Below, in pieces: positions 21,946 to 31,692 of a stretch of 64,000 nucleotides of DNA. Both the position numbers and the translations under genes were made by a program. Each line of letters opens with the position of its first letter. Position 1 is the stretch's first letter. The notes below the pieces were generated by a model. That model saw only the letters and a program-made list of their open reading frames with translations. It did no database searches and had not been told where the DNA came from. Origin of the DNA: Hyaloraphidium curvatum SAG 235-1 (lineage: Eukaryota; Fungi; Monoblepharomycota); NCBI GenBank assembly GCA_025558095.1, contig JAIVFI010000022.1, positions 248,001-312,000 on the forward strand, read 5' to 3'.

Positions 21946-22324
21946 GCGGGAGGGGTACGGGGAGCTGCGGGGGCGCAAAGTCGGTGGCCAGTCGTTGGCG
22001 GGTCTTTTGGACGACTGGGAGGAACGTGATGGAACAAGGTGGCTTCCGCTGCACGTCTCTTTTCCGCCCCTCCCCGGACACGTCTCTCTTCCGCACCTCC
22101 CTGGAGAGGCCCAGGTTCCCCGCGGGCCGGCACTCGGCCTACCGCCGCCGCCTCGCTTCCACGGCGGCCCGCGAATGCGCCAGCTTCACGATCCCGGGCG
22201 GAAACCGCTCGCCCGTGGCTACCCCCCGCTGATATGCGTGTCGGGGGTAGTGCCCCCCGACCAAAGCCGGCGGACTCCAGTCGTCGGCTGTCTTGAATAA
22301 GCCCCCGCTCGGATCGGTCTCCCC

Positions 22325-23077
22325 TCAGTCCAATCGGCAAGGAAGGTACCCCGCAGCGCCTGCGGCCGCCTCCGCATCCCGTGCCGCGACGGCCAGCGCC
22401 TCCAGCCCGTCAGGCAGGTGCCGTCCCTCCTCCTTGGCGATGTCGCGCGCCTTTTCGAAGAACGGCACCGCAGCGGCGGCGAGCACGGCCAGCTCGGGCG
22501 CCCCCGCGAGCGCCTCCGCCGCGGCGGCGAGGAAGCCCGGGAGCGCCCAGCCCTCGTAGGTCAGGCGGTAGGAGGAGTAGCAGCTGCTCGCGACGGAGAC
22601 GCGCGCCTCGAAGACGGCGAGGTCGTCCGCGGCCCGGAGGCCCGGCCGGGCGTCGAGGCCGTCCAGGAGCTCCATCAGGCGCCGGAACTCGGCCCGTGCG
22701 CGGAGCCCGAAGGCGGCGGTGACGGCGATGACGGCGCGGCCGGCCGGAGAGATGCGCGTCCGGACGGAGGAGCGCAGCGCGCGGGTGTTCTCGCCCCACG
22801 CGCACCGCGTGGTGCGCCTTACGGCCGACCACGCGCCGACCGACGGCACGCACGCCAGGAGCAGCTGGCGGCACAGCAGCGCATTGCCGAACACCGCCCG
22901 CGCGGGGTTGCGCAGGGCGACCGCGGGCTGCGGCGGGGGAACGGCGGTGAGACCGGCGGAGGAGTCGGAGCGGCGGAGGATCCTCACGGCGGCCTCCCCG
23001 ACATCCGCGGCCTCAGGCCCCGCGGCAGGGGCAGCGAGCGCTTCCGATGCGCCTGCGCCGTCGTCTAAGGAGGCCAT
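22325..23077 (-). CDS. F-box-like family paralogue 1 (in-frame 60-nt intron 22928-22987)
   Basis: NPARAVFGNALLCRQLLLACVPSVGAWSAVRRTTRCAWGENT motif shared with three other genes here. Confidence 0.75.
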   Translation of the reverse strand: MASLDDGAGASEALAAPAAGPEAADVGEAAVRILRRSDSSAGLTAVPPPQPAVALRNPARAVFGNALLCRQLLLACVPSVGAWSAVRRTTRCAWGENTRALRSSVRTRISPAGRAVIAVTAAFGLRARAEFRRLMELLDGLDARPGLRAADDLAVFEARVSVASSCYSSYRLTYEGWALPGFLAAAAEALAGAPELAVLAAAAVPFFEKARDIAKEEGRHLPDGLEALAVAARDAEAAAGAAGYLPCRLD

Positions 23078-23287
23078 TGCGGCTTGCAGCCCGCGCAATC
23101 GGCCCTGGATTCGGGGTAGTGTGAGAGGAGCTCTCAGACAGCGTCGACCTTGCGGACGTGTTATTCGCGGCGCGGTTAGACGTTGGCAGGGATCTTTTGG
23201 ACGCGATGGAGAGCGAGATTGCTGTTACATACAAGTTTCCTGCCCGCACCGCCGCGTAGAGGCCTCGGCTCCCCGTTCTGCCAGCGC

Positions 23288-24031
23288 TCAATTCCCTGCT
23301 GCCCTTCTCGCGCGCGCCGTCTCCCTCGCCTCCGCCATTCTGACGATGCCGGGCGGGAAAAGCTTCCATTCCTCGACTCCCCTCTTGTACATGTGGCGGA
23401 GGTAGTATCCCGCCAGATGCGCCAGTCCCTCCAGCTCCGCCGACCCAGGGGCCAGCTGCAGCGCGGCGGCGTCGAAGAAGCGCCCCAGGTCCGCCCTGGC
23501 AGGCACCGGATCTTGCTCCGGGGGATTTCCGGTGGTGGGGCGGGCGGTGCACATCTCGAACACGGCGGTGTAGGCCTCCATGAAGGTCTTGTGCGGGGCG
23601 CCCGAGGGCAGCTTCCGCAGCACCGCCATCGGGAGCGCGAGCTCCGGCCGCATCAGGGGCCCCAGGACCGCGGTGACGGCCATGACGGCCCGTCCTGCCG
23701 GGGTCGCCCGATCCCGGGCCGACCTGCGCAATGCGGGGGTGTTTTCGGCCCAGCAGGCCCTGCACGTCCGCGCGAGCGCGGACCACGCGGCCGCGTCGGG
23801 AACACAGGCGAGGAGCAGATGCCGGCACACCAGCGCGTTGCCGAACACTTCTTTCGCGGGGCTGCGGAGGGACACCTCGAGCTGGGGCCGCGGCGGGTCA
23901 GCGCGGGCGCGGCGTCTACGCTCCGGGGCGGACGCACGCACCGCGGCCTCCTCGGCGTTGCCCGCCTCCTGGCCCGCGGTGACCTCATGGCCCGCTTTCG
24001 ATGCGTCGTCGGCGTGCTCTCTGGTCGCCAT
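23288..24031 (-). CDS. F-box-like family paralogue 2 with cullin-1 N-terminal-like helices (in-frame 60-nt intron 23882-23941)
   Basis: SPAKEVFGNALVCRHLLLACVPDAAAWSALARTCRACWAENT; FMEAYTAVFEMCT; LAHLAGYYLRHMYKR. Confidence 0.78.
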   Translation of the reverse strand: MATREHADDASKAGHEVTAGQEAGNAEEAAVRASAPERRRRARADPPRPQLEVSLRSPAKEVFGNALVCRHLLLACVPDAAAWSALARTCRACWAENTPALRRSARDRATPAGRAVMAVTAVLGPLMRPELALPMAVLRKLPSGAPHKTFMEAYTAVFEMCTARPTTGNPPEQDPVPARADLGRFFDAAALQLAPGSAELEGLAHLAGYYLRHMYKRGVEEWKLFPPGIVRMAEARETARARRAAGN

Positions 24032-24150
24032 AGCGGCCCCGCAGCCCGTGCAATAGCCGTGGATTCGGGGTTTACAGGGCCTCTCAGACGACGGCGCGTG
24101 GTGGCTTCGAAGCGTTGCATTGCGAGCCGTGCTTGCACTCGCACGGCGGC

Positions 24151-24897
24151 ATGGCCCTTGAGATGGACGCAAGAAGCACGTTGGAACAGTCTCCAACGCC
24201 TGCCGCGGTTTCCGATGGCCCGCGAGACCCCCTGGACGTCCCGGTGCTCGGACCTCGAGGCCCGCGCCGAATCGCTGCGGAGGATCCCGAGCGCCCCCGA
24301 AGCCCCGCGACGGACGTGTTTTCCAACGAACTGCTGTGCCGCTTGCTGATCCTTGCCTGCCCACCGGATCTGGGCGCGTGGTCGGCGATGTCGCGCGTCT
24401 CGCCGTGCGCCTGGAAAGAGAACTCGCCGTCCCTGAGGAAGCGCGTCCTAAATGCGATGCCGGCGTTCCGCTCCAAGGTCGCGGTCTTCAGGATTCTCGG
24501 AAACCAAGCGGAGGCGGAGCAGGGTCCCCTGTTGCGCTACTTGGACTGCCTCGCAAGGCTGGGGCGACCCTCGCGTGACGCATTCAACGCGGCTTACAAC
24601 TTCATGTATGCCGTTTGCACAGGCCCGGAAAGTGTGCCGAGGAGCAGGGGAACGCTCGCTGAGCTAGCGCGAAGGCTCCCAGTGGACCCAAGTCTCGGGT
24701 TGCTGCGAAGGTCGCTCGACGCCGCGGCCCTCGCCCTGGAAGGCACTCCGGAGATCGCGATGCTGGCCCGCGTATCGAGGTACTTCCTGCGGGAAAGATC
24801 AAGGTGGGAAGTGGACCGTAATGCGCCGGTGCCGCGCGGCCTTGGGCTCCTCTACGAGCAGCTCCGGCTGATGGGGCCGGTGGGCGGTTCGGCGTGA
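24151..24897 (+). CDS. F-box-like family paralogue 3
   Basis: SPATDVFSNELLCRLLILACPPDLGAWSAMSRVSPCAWKENS; FNAAYNFMYAVCT; LARVSRYFLR. Confidence 0.78.
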   Translation: MALEMDARSTLEQSPTPAAVSDGPRDPLDVPVLGPRGPRRIAAEDPERPRSPATDVFSNELLCRLLILACPPDLGAWSAMSRVSPCAWKENSPSLRKRVLNAMPAFRSKVAVFRILGNQAEAEQGPLLRYLDCLARLGRPSRDAFNAAYNFMYAVCTGPESVPRSRGTLAELARRLPVDPSLGLLRRSLDAAALALEGTPEIAMLARVSRYFLRERSRWEVDRNAPVPRGLGLLYEQLRLMGPVGGSA

Positions 24898-25182
24898 AGA
24901 TAGCGTGTTGAACAGCACCGTGGCTGTGTCTTTTTGTTGCTCGTGCGTTTGTTGGTCGGTCCGTTCGTCCTCTATGACACCTGTCACACCGCAATCGCTG
25001 CATCCGCATCCCTTGCTGCAGTTTGTACCCGATCGGTGGGATTCTTGATGATTGAGAACAGCTCCATGTCTGATTTTCTCGTTTCGGCACGACATGGTGT
25101 GAAACGTCTCGTTTGTGGCGGCTGCGGAGTGACAGCTCGGGCCACGTCAACGGTCAACGCCCCTGTCCCCCACTCAACTGCA

Positions 25183-27013
25183 ATGCCTTTCGCCATTCCC
25201 GCGCCTTGCCGGCGCTGCACACCGAGCACCCTTTGCCGCCCATGCCTGCTCCGCGCACGCAAGGTCGCCCGGGGTGTCATCGCGGGGCAGGCGCCGTCGG
25301 ACATCGAAAGCCTCAAGGCGGAGCGCTTCGCTCGGGCCGTGCTCGAAGCCGGTGCCGCGGCCGGAAACCATGCCTGCCTCATCACACTAGGCAATTCGCT
25401 GGTGAACGAGGACCTGGAGCTCCCAAGAGGACTGTCTGGCGGCCCAGAAACTGGCCCTCGTGGATTTTGACCTCGTTCTGGCGCGGCTGGACCCGTCCGA
25501 TCGATTCGGGAGGTGCATGCTCCAGATGTCAGAAGCGTTCCGAGCTTTGGGTTTCGGCTCACACGATGGGAGGTGTCGGGGATCCTGCAGTGCTCGTCGA
25601 AGCGTTGCCAAGGTTCCAGGAGTGGCTCGCGCAGGAGCAAGTACGCCCGCCAGAACCAGATCGCCTTGATGACTTCCTGCAAGCCGTGTGCATTACCTCG
25701 TACTTTGTTGCGAGAATGTGGATGCAAATTGCGTCTTGCGACGGCAGCGACACCGAGGATTCGGAAGTTCGGGCTTTTGAGGCGTTCAACGGTTGTGTCG
25801 CCAGCCGCTCGAACAGCCGGAAGGACGACCAGACCTTCGTGGCCCCGGCACTGTATGAACTGGGAATGTTCACCTTGCGGTTCGTTTCGGCTCGCCTTGC
25901 TCTTGGCACGGGATTTCAGGCTCACAAACGTGATGCAGTGGCATTGGTCGCCAGCCTCCCAATTTAAAGAAGGCGAACGAGTTCTTTCTTCAAGCCTTCC
26001 GGGCTGGGCACACTGAGTCGGCCAACAAAATCGCAACAAGCTTCGCCTGCGGGGCCGGCCTTCCTCTCGACCGTGCAAAGGCCGAGGAGTGGAGGCGGAA
26101 GGGCAGCAGTGACAATGGACCAGATGCCGCGGAGGAGAATGTCGATCCCTCGGAGCATTCTGACGAAGAACCATCGACTCAGTGGTATTCGGACATTGAG
26201 GAAGATGGATGCCGTTTGCGAACCTTGGCGAGAGAGTGGGGCGTTTCCGAGACGGATGCTCGGTTTCTGCTCCTCGGCTTCGGTGGCGTCGAGTGCCGCG
26301 AGGGAACCTTCCGCGCTTTCGAATGGATGCTAGCCCTGGGAAGATCGGACGGCGCCCGGCATATGCGCTCCATGATCGAAGGGTTGCTGGAGATACATGC
26401 TGCTTCGACGCCTCCATCCGACAGCTTGCTCGCGGAGCGCAACGAGGTGAACCAGACCGACGTTGCGTCTCAAAAGGGTTGTAGCTACGTCTTTGGGGCA
26501 GGAGGAGCGCGCTCTGCAAGGTCCAATCCGCGCAACGCCGGAGCTCGAGATCCGGAGGCGCAACAAGATCCCGAGGCTCAATGACGACTCCCTAGGAGCC
26601 TGCGATAGATCCTTGGTTATGGAGACGACGTTCAGACGGCGACACAAGATCCTGTTGCCTTGGTGGCCCGTGGCAAGCTTGCGGCAGCGAGATACGGCTA
26701 CCTGGCCCAGAACCTCGAGGCCCTTGGCGGGCACGAAAGACCCCTCGTCGAAGCCGGTCCTCGAAACACGTTCCTTGGCAAGCTCCGTTGCCTTTCGTGC
26801 GGCAAGACCGCCCTGGAGGCTGGAAGGGAGCGACTAAAGATGTGCGGCGGCTGCAAGTCCGTCGCGATCGCATACTGCTCCACTGAGTGCCAAAAGGAGG
26901 ACTACAAGGGCGAGGCGGGGATCCATGGACTGGCCAGCGCCAGGAGGGAGAGTCGCAAGAGCGAATGCGAGATGATCGGGGAGGCGCTGAAGAAGAAGGA
27001 CACGGGCGTTTGA
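25183..27013 (+). CDS. SEL1-like repeat protein with C-terminal degenerate MYND finger; exon model uncertain
   Basis: Spliced ALYELGMFTLRGIGRQPPNLKKANEFFLQA...ACGAGLPLDRAKAEEW (SEL1); CLSCG...MCGGCKSVAIAYCSTECQ (MYND). Confidence 0.65.
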
Positions 27014-27089
27014 TCGGCGGAGCGAGGAAGTGGGAGGTCTTTTCGAGAAGATGTAGCAGTGTCGCGCAAAGAAGAAGAAGAAGGAGTCC

Positions 27090-29138
27090 CTAAGCTCTTT
27101 CCCGGTCCTTGATGCAGCCCGTGCAGTCGCACAGCCCCGTTGCGGGGTCGATTTTCCCCGCCGCGGGAACCTCCATGCGCTCCACCTGCCGCATCACCTT
27201 GAGCCTGTCTTCGTACGGATCCCGCCACCACTCCCGCGTCGTCCGCGACTTCCTCCCGCCCGTTCCATATCCCGTGCCCTCCGCAGCTTCGAGCGCCTTG
27301 GCCAGCGCCGCGGCGTAGCTGCGCGGAAAGTGGGGTTCGACGAGTGCTTTGGGTATCAGCTCGTGGAAGCACGAGGCCAGCGACTCCTCGGCGAGGTAGC
27401 TCCTATCCTCAAGGCGATTATGCAGCGGCTTCCCGGGGTCCTGGTAGAGGTAAACCACCCGTCCGGGCACCTCGAGCCGCGGATAGCGCCCAGTTTCCAG
27501 CAGCGAGCGGCGCAGGCGTTCCAGATCCCGGAGCGTTTCTTCCTTGGGCGTGCCACGAGCGAGATGCGAGTCCGCGAGCGCGACCAGGTCGCGCATATCG
27601 TACAGCGCCCCCATGGACAGGCTGCAAACATTGTCGTTCTCGTGCTGATAGGAATGGATCGCACCCACGAATTGCGCTGCAATCGCAGGCGAGACCGTCG
27701 GCGGACAGCCGTACGTGAAGGCCCGCACGTCAAAATCCACTCGGCCGGAGAGAGCCCGGAGTTCCTCGACGTGGTCCGTGAACAAGATGCAGAGCAGCGA
27801 AGCCACCGCGGCGCCGTACGAATGTCCGCACACAACCAGTCCGCGCGGGCGGTACGCCTCCACCCATCGGAGGACGCGTGCCAGCTCGCGGTTGTAAACA
27901 AGCATGGAGCTGCGGAGCCAGCCGAGATGCGCTGCGCCGTCGCGGAAGAGGCAGACATCCGAGGCGAGGTCCGTCAGGCCCGACATGACGTCAAGAGTTC
28001 CACGCGCCGAGAGGACGAGCATGCCAGTAATGCGGTCCAGCGCAATGAGGTATGTTGGATCGTAGAAGTTGTTGCTGTCCCGGTGGAAGAGCAGCATGTC
28101 ATTGTCGGCGAGACCCAGAAACTCAGCCGCCGCAAGCTCGTCCGAGCCGAACCGGTAGCAATCCTGCAGCCAGTTCCGGCCCGTCTGGTGGGCCAGCAGC
28201 AGCGATCCGTACGGCGCTGTGGACCAGCGGTGGTAGTGCATCGCCTCCCGCAGCATGTCTGGGGTCACAGCCGCTGTTTTGCGCGTGATTGGGCGATCCA
28301 CGCGGGCATAGAGCTGGCCGATGATGAGCGCGAGCGTCGAGAACAGGTTCCGAGGTTCGAAACCATCGCGAAAAACGCTGGCAAGGGTTCCATTCGCCTC
28401 GGCAAGGCCCAAGCGATTGCGCTCCGTCGTGAAAACTAGGCGAGCCGGAGCTTTGGTCCGCCTCTGCGTTGCCACGGTTTCCATGTCCCCCAGGTCACCC
28501 TTAGCAACGATGACCGTCTTCTTGGGCTCCCCAGTCAACTCGCCCAGGAGCTGCAATTCGGTGCTTCCCATATGAGCAAGTAGGTGGAACGGGTGCACCG
28601 GTGGTTTCGACTCGCCACAACGGCCAGTGAAGAGCAACGCAAGGTGCATTTCCATCGTCGCAACTGGTCTTCCGGGGGGAGCTGTGCCGTCCGCCGCGAC
28701 TTCCAGTCCAGGCGCAAGGAATTGTAACGTCCGCACACATGAAGAGCCCTCCAGGGCGAGGCTCCGCAGTTGGACTCGAGCACAGGCCAGAACCTCACTG
28801 GAAAACATACTGGAACGGAGCAGCTCCAGGCACACAGAATCGTACACGATTGCCGAGAAACCGACGTCCAAAGAAAAGGAAACCTGCCCCGTGAGCGGGA
28901 CGACAGCGGTGACAATAGATGTCCGGAAGCTGATTCGCAACGAGTTGACGTCCGACTCCGGCCCGCCGGCAAACTTCATGTCCCAGAAGCGGAGGGATAG
29001 CGTGTCCGAGGCAAATGTCGGATTTGCAGCGAGAGCATCGAGGGACAACGGGCCTTTGGCGGCAGGGAGCGCCGGCGTAGTCATCCCGTTGCCGGGCGCC
29101 CCTTCCGGCAGCGTGGCAGCTGAATCCCATTCCGCCAT
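27090..29138 (-). CDS. C2-like domain + class 3 lipase (DAG-lipase-like), intronless
   Basis: SARGT, AHLGW, VCGHSYG (GxSxG), TYGCPP, HENDNV. Confidence 0.88.
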   Translation of the reverse strand: MAEWDSAATLPEGAPGNGMTTPALPAAKGPLSLDALAANPTFASDTLSLRFWDMKFAGGPESDVNSLRISFRTSIVTAVVPLTGQVSFSLDVGFSAIVYDSVCLELLRSSMFSSEVLACARVQLRSLALEGSSCVRTLQFLAPGLEVAADGTAPPGRPVATMEMHLALLFTGRCGESKPPVHPFHLLAHMGSTELQLLGELTGEPKKTVIVAKGDLGDMETVATQRRTKAPARLVFTTERNRLGLAEANGTLASVFRDGFEPRNLFSTLALIIGQLYARVDRPITRKTAAVTPDMLREAMHYHRWSTAPYGSLLLAHQTGRNWLQDCYRFGSDELAAAEFLGLADNDMLLFHRDSNNFYDPTYLIALDRITGMLVLSARGTLDVMSGLTDLASDVCLFRDGAAHLGWLRSSMLVYNRELARVLRWVEAYRPRGLVVCGHSYGAAVASLLCILFTDHVEELRALSGRVDFDVRAFTYGCPPTVSPAIAAQFVGAIHSYQHENDNVCSLSMGALYDMRDLVALADSHLARGTPKEETLRDLERLRRSLLETGRYPRLEVPGRVVYLYQDPGKPLHNRLEDRSYLAEESLASCFHELIPKALVEPHFPRSYAAALAKALEAAEGTGYGTGGRKSRTTREWWRDPYEDRLKVMRQVERMEVPAAGKIDPATGLCDCTGCIKDRERA

Positions 29139-29405
29139 TGCTTCAAAGAAGATGCCCTGCTTCCCCCCGGCGGCCGGCTGCCGCCTGACCCGACAGACCG
29201 ACCGACCGCTGACTCCACTTCTGTTTGCCGACCGCGCGTGATGACGCGCGGGGGCTCCCACGAACACCACCCCGCTACCGCCGCGATGGGGGATGCCATA
29301 AATCGGTCCGGCGGCAATCCTGCCGGAATTGGCGTGCCCCGGCCCCGCGATGCGCAGCGTAACGTCCGCAGGCGGGCACTCCCCGAGGGTAGTCCCTCCA
29401 GCACG

Positions 29406-30035
29406 ATGGCCGCGCTCCGGAGCCCCGCGCTGGAGGTGTTTTCCAACGAACTGCTCTGCCGCGAGCTCCTATTTGCCTGCATTCCGGACGCGGAGTCGTG
29501 GAGGGCCATGGCGCGCGTCAGGAGGACGACGTGGCAGGAGAACACCCCCTCGCTGAGGAAACGTGCCTTTGAGTGCGTGCCGTCCTTCCGCGCCATGTTG
29601 GCGGTTCGCAGTCAGTTTGGACCCCGCGTGGATGCGGAGTACGGGCCTCTCATGTGCCTGCTCCACTCGCTCACCACGCGTAGGGGGCCTCGCACGGTGG
29701 AGTTCGTGGCCGCCTACGACTCGGTCTACAGGATCGCCGCCTTCACTTCCCACACGTCGCCCTTTCCCGGCGAAGAAGTGTGGCGCTCCATGTCGCAGTG
29801 GAAGACGGACTGCAGCGACCTGGCCCGTTTCCTCGACGTCGCCGGGAGCGCGCTGGAAAACACGCGGGAACTCGTGGTGTTGGCCAAGGCGTCGATGTTC
29901 TTTTTGCGCGTCGTCGAGCCTCGCGACTTCCGAGGCCGGGTGTTACCGCCGGGCTTGGCGCTCCTGGACCATCAGCGGCGGATCCTGAGGCCGGGTGAGA
30001 TCTTTCCCCGCGACCGGCCTGAACGCAACGTGTGA
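29406..30035 (+). CDS. F-box-like family paralogue 4 (alternative ATG at 29286)
   Basis: SPALEVFSNELLCRELLFACIPDAESWRAMARVRRTTWQENTPSLRKR; FVAAYDSVY; LAKASMFFLR. Confidence 0.78.
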   Translation: MAALRSPALEVFSNELLCRELLFACIPDAESWRAMARVRRTTWQENTPSLRKRAFECVPSFRAMLAVRSQFGPRVDAEYGPLMCLLHSLTTRRGPRTVEFVAAYDSVYRIAAFTSHTSPFPGEEVWRSMSQWKTDCSDLARFLDVAGSALENTRELVVLAKASMFFLRVVEPRDFRGRVLPPGLALLDHQRRILRPGEIFPRDRPERNV

Positions 30036-30344
30036 CGGAACTTCTGTCGCGGATGGGGCGTCGTGGTGTTCATGAGGTTGCGATATAACTTATCTTATTG
30101 CCCAACGAGAGCACGATTACTTTCGCTCGGCGCGACGGCTAAGGCGAGATTGACAGTAGGGAACTGACCGACCCCGATCCCGTGAAAAGGACGAGGACGG
30201 TCCGAGGACGACACGCTTCTCCTTTATCTGCTCTTCGAGCATCGCAATGATCGAGCGACGCCTCGCACTGGCGTTAGAAGCGAGGGGACGCCGGTCCCCT
30301 CAACAACATCGTGAGAGGCTCTCACCAACGTCCCCTCGCCAAAA

Positions 30345-31459
30345 ATGCTCTCCGCGGAGGACCCGCAGACGTCGGCGCCTGCGCCGCCGTCGGCCCCGCC
30401 GTCCGCGCCGCTCGGCGATGCGCCCAAGGCACGCCCCGCGCGCCGGCCCCCCGCGCCGCTCACCTCCCCCGCAGAAGTTCGGCGCGTTCGGCCCCCGCAA
30501 AACCGCCTCCGAGGCCGCCGTGCCCGCCATCGACCTCTTTGCATCCCGCAACGCCGCCCCCGCGCCGTCCCCCGCGGATCTCGAGCGCAAGGCCGATGTT
30601 GCATTGACACGCGCCGTTGAAATCGATGTGCCCAAGGGGGACCCGAACGATCCCGAGGCGGTCAGGCGGACGCTGGAGATGCAGGCGAGGGGCGTGAAGC
30701 CGGGATCCGAGTTCAAGCCGAACTGGACGGGGAAGTGGGGGCCGTACGAGGTGCGAAGGGCGGGGACCACCCCGAGCGGACCGCTCACGGGCGGGCAGGA
30801 CAACCGGCTGCTGCTCGCCGACGTGCTGAAGCAGGTAGCCAAGCGCGAGTTCGACGCCACCCAGTTCGATTCCAACGCCAAGTTCAAGGCCAATGCGATG
30901 AACAAGGCGTGGCGGAACATTCTGGCATGGCACGAGGAGATCAAGGACGGCAAGACGGCGCTGAAGGAGGTGCGCCGGCTGCCTCGCAGAGATTTCATGG
31001 ATTTGCGGTACTGAAATCGTGCGGCAGATAGACGGGTGCGGCAAGAGCATCGCGGAAAAGATCGACAAGATCTTGAAGGACGTGGGTGCCGGGTCTTTTG
31101 GCGAGACAACATGTAGGCCGACCCGTTCCCAACAGAAATGCCTCGAGAGCAGGGACATGGTCTTCGTGCGTGTTTTGTGGGCCCCGTTTGATCCAGTTCT
31201 GACCCTCTTCCTGCAGCATCCGGACGGGCAGATGAGCTTTGAGTAGGCCTCCCGCCTGCCGCTGCCCTGCTTTGGCCAACGCTCCTTCCCTCGCAGCCAA
31301 ATGACGAAGAAGGACAAGGAGAAGCGCGGGGCGACGGACGAGGAAGAGGGCGGGGAAAAGAAAAAGCCGCGCAAACGGGCCGCGGCGGACGACGGCGGGG
31401 AGAAGAAGAAGCCGGCGAAGTCCCGCAAGAAGAAGGCCGAGTTTGCCGACGACGCGTGA
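30345..31459 (+). CDS. Small protein with stand-alone DNA polymerase beta-type 8-kDa (HHH_8) domain and Lys-rich tail, 5 exons
   Basis: NRLLLADVLKQVAKRE...FKANAMNKA...IKDGKTALKE/IDGCGKSIAEKIDKIL; first intron is GC-AG (30429-30474); TGA at 31457-31459. Confidence 0.75.
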
Positions 31460-31501
31460 AAGCGCCAGGCGGAGGGGAGATACCGTTGATACCAATGCCG
31501 C

Positions 31502-31507
31502 TTTATT
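31502..31507 (-). promoter_or_regulatory. Polyadenylation signal AATAAA of the selenoprotein H transcript
   Basis: tttatt on the + strand, about 65 nt beyond the SECIS. Confidence 0.55.
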
Positions 31508-31572
31508 CCGGCCTCGTTCGATCCATTAGATGACTCTTTCGTTCGGCAGCCTCGCCGCTGCGCGCGGCGCTG

Positions 31573-31652
31573 CCGGTCCCCGCGAGACGGAGGTCAGGAA
31601 CCCGCCAAGAAAGCTTTGCGGCGGGCCCGTCATGTGCCTCTGCGGGGTCCGG
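31573..31652 (-). promoter_or_regulatory. Eukaryotic SECIS element (3' UTR)
   Basis: AUGAC (31633-31629), about 10-bp helix II, AAA 11 nt after the core (31617-31615), UGAC (31596-31593), GC-rich helix I. Confidence 0.9.
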
Positions 31653-31692
31653 GGCACCGCGGCGCGGCGGGCGCCCGTCCGCCCGGCGCCGA

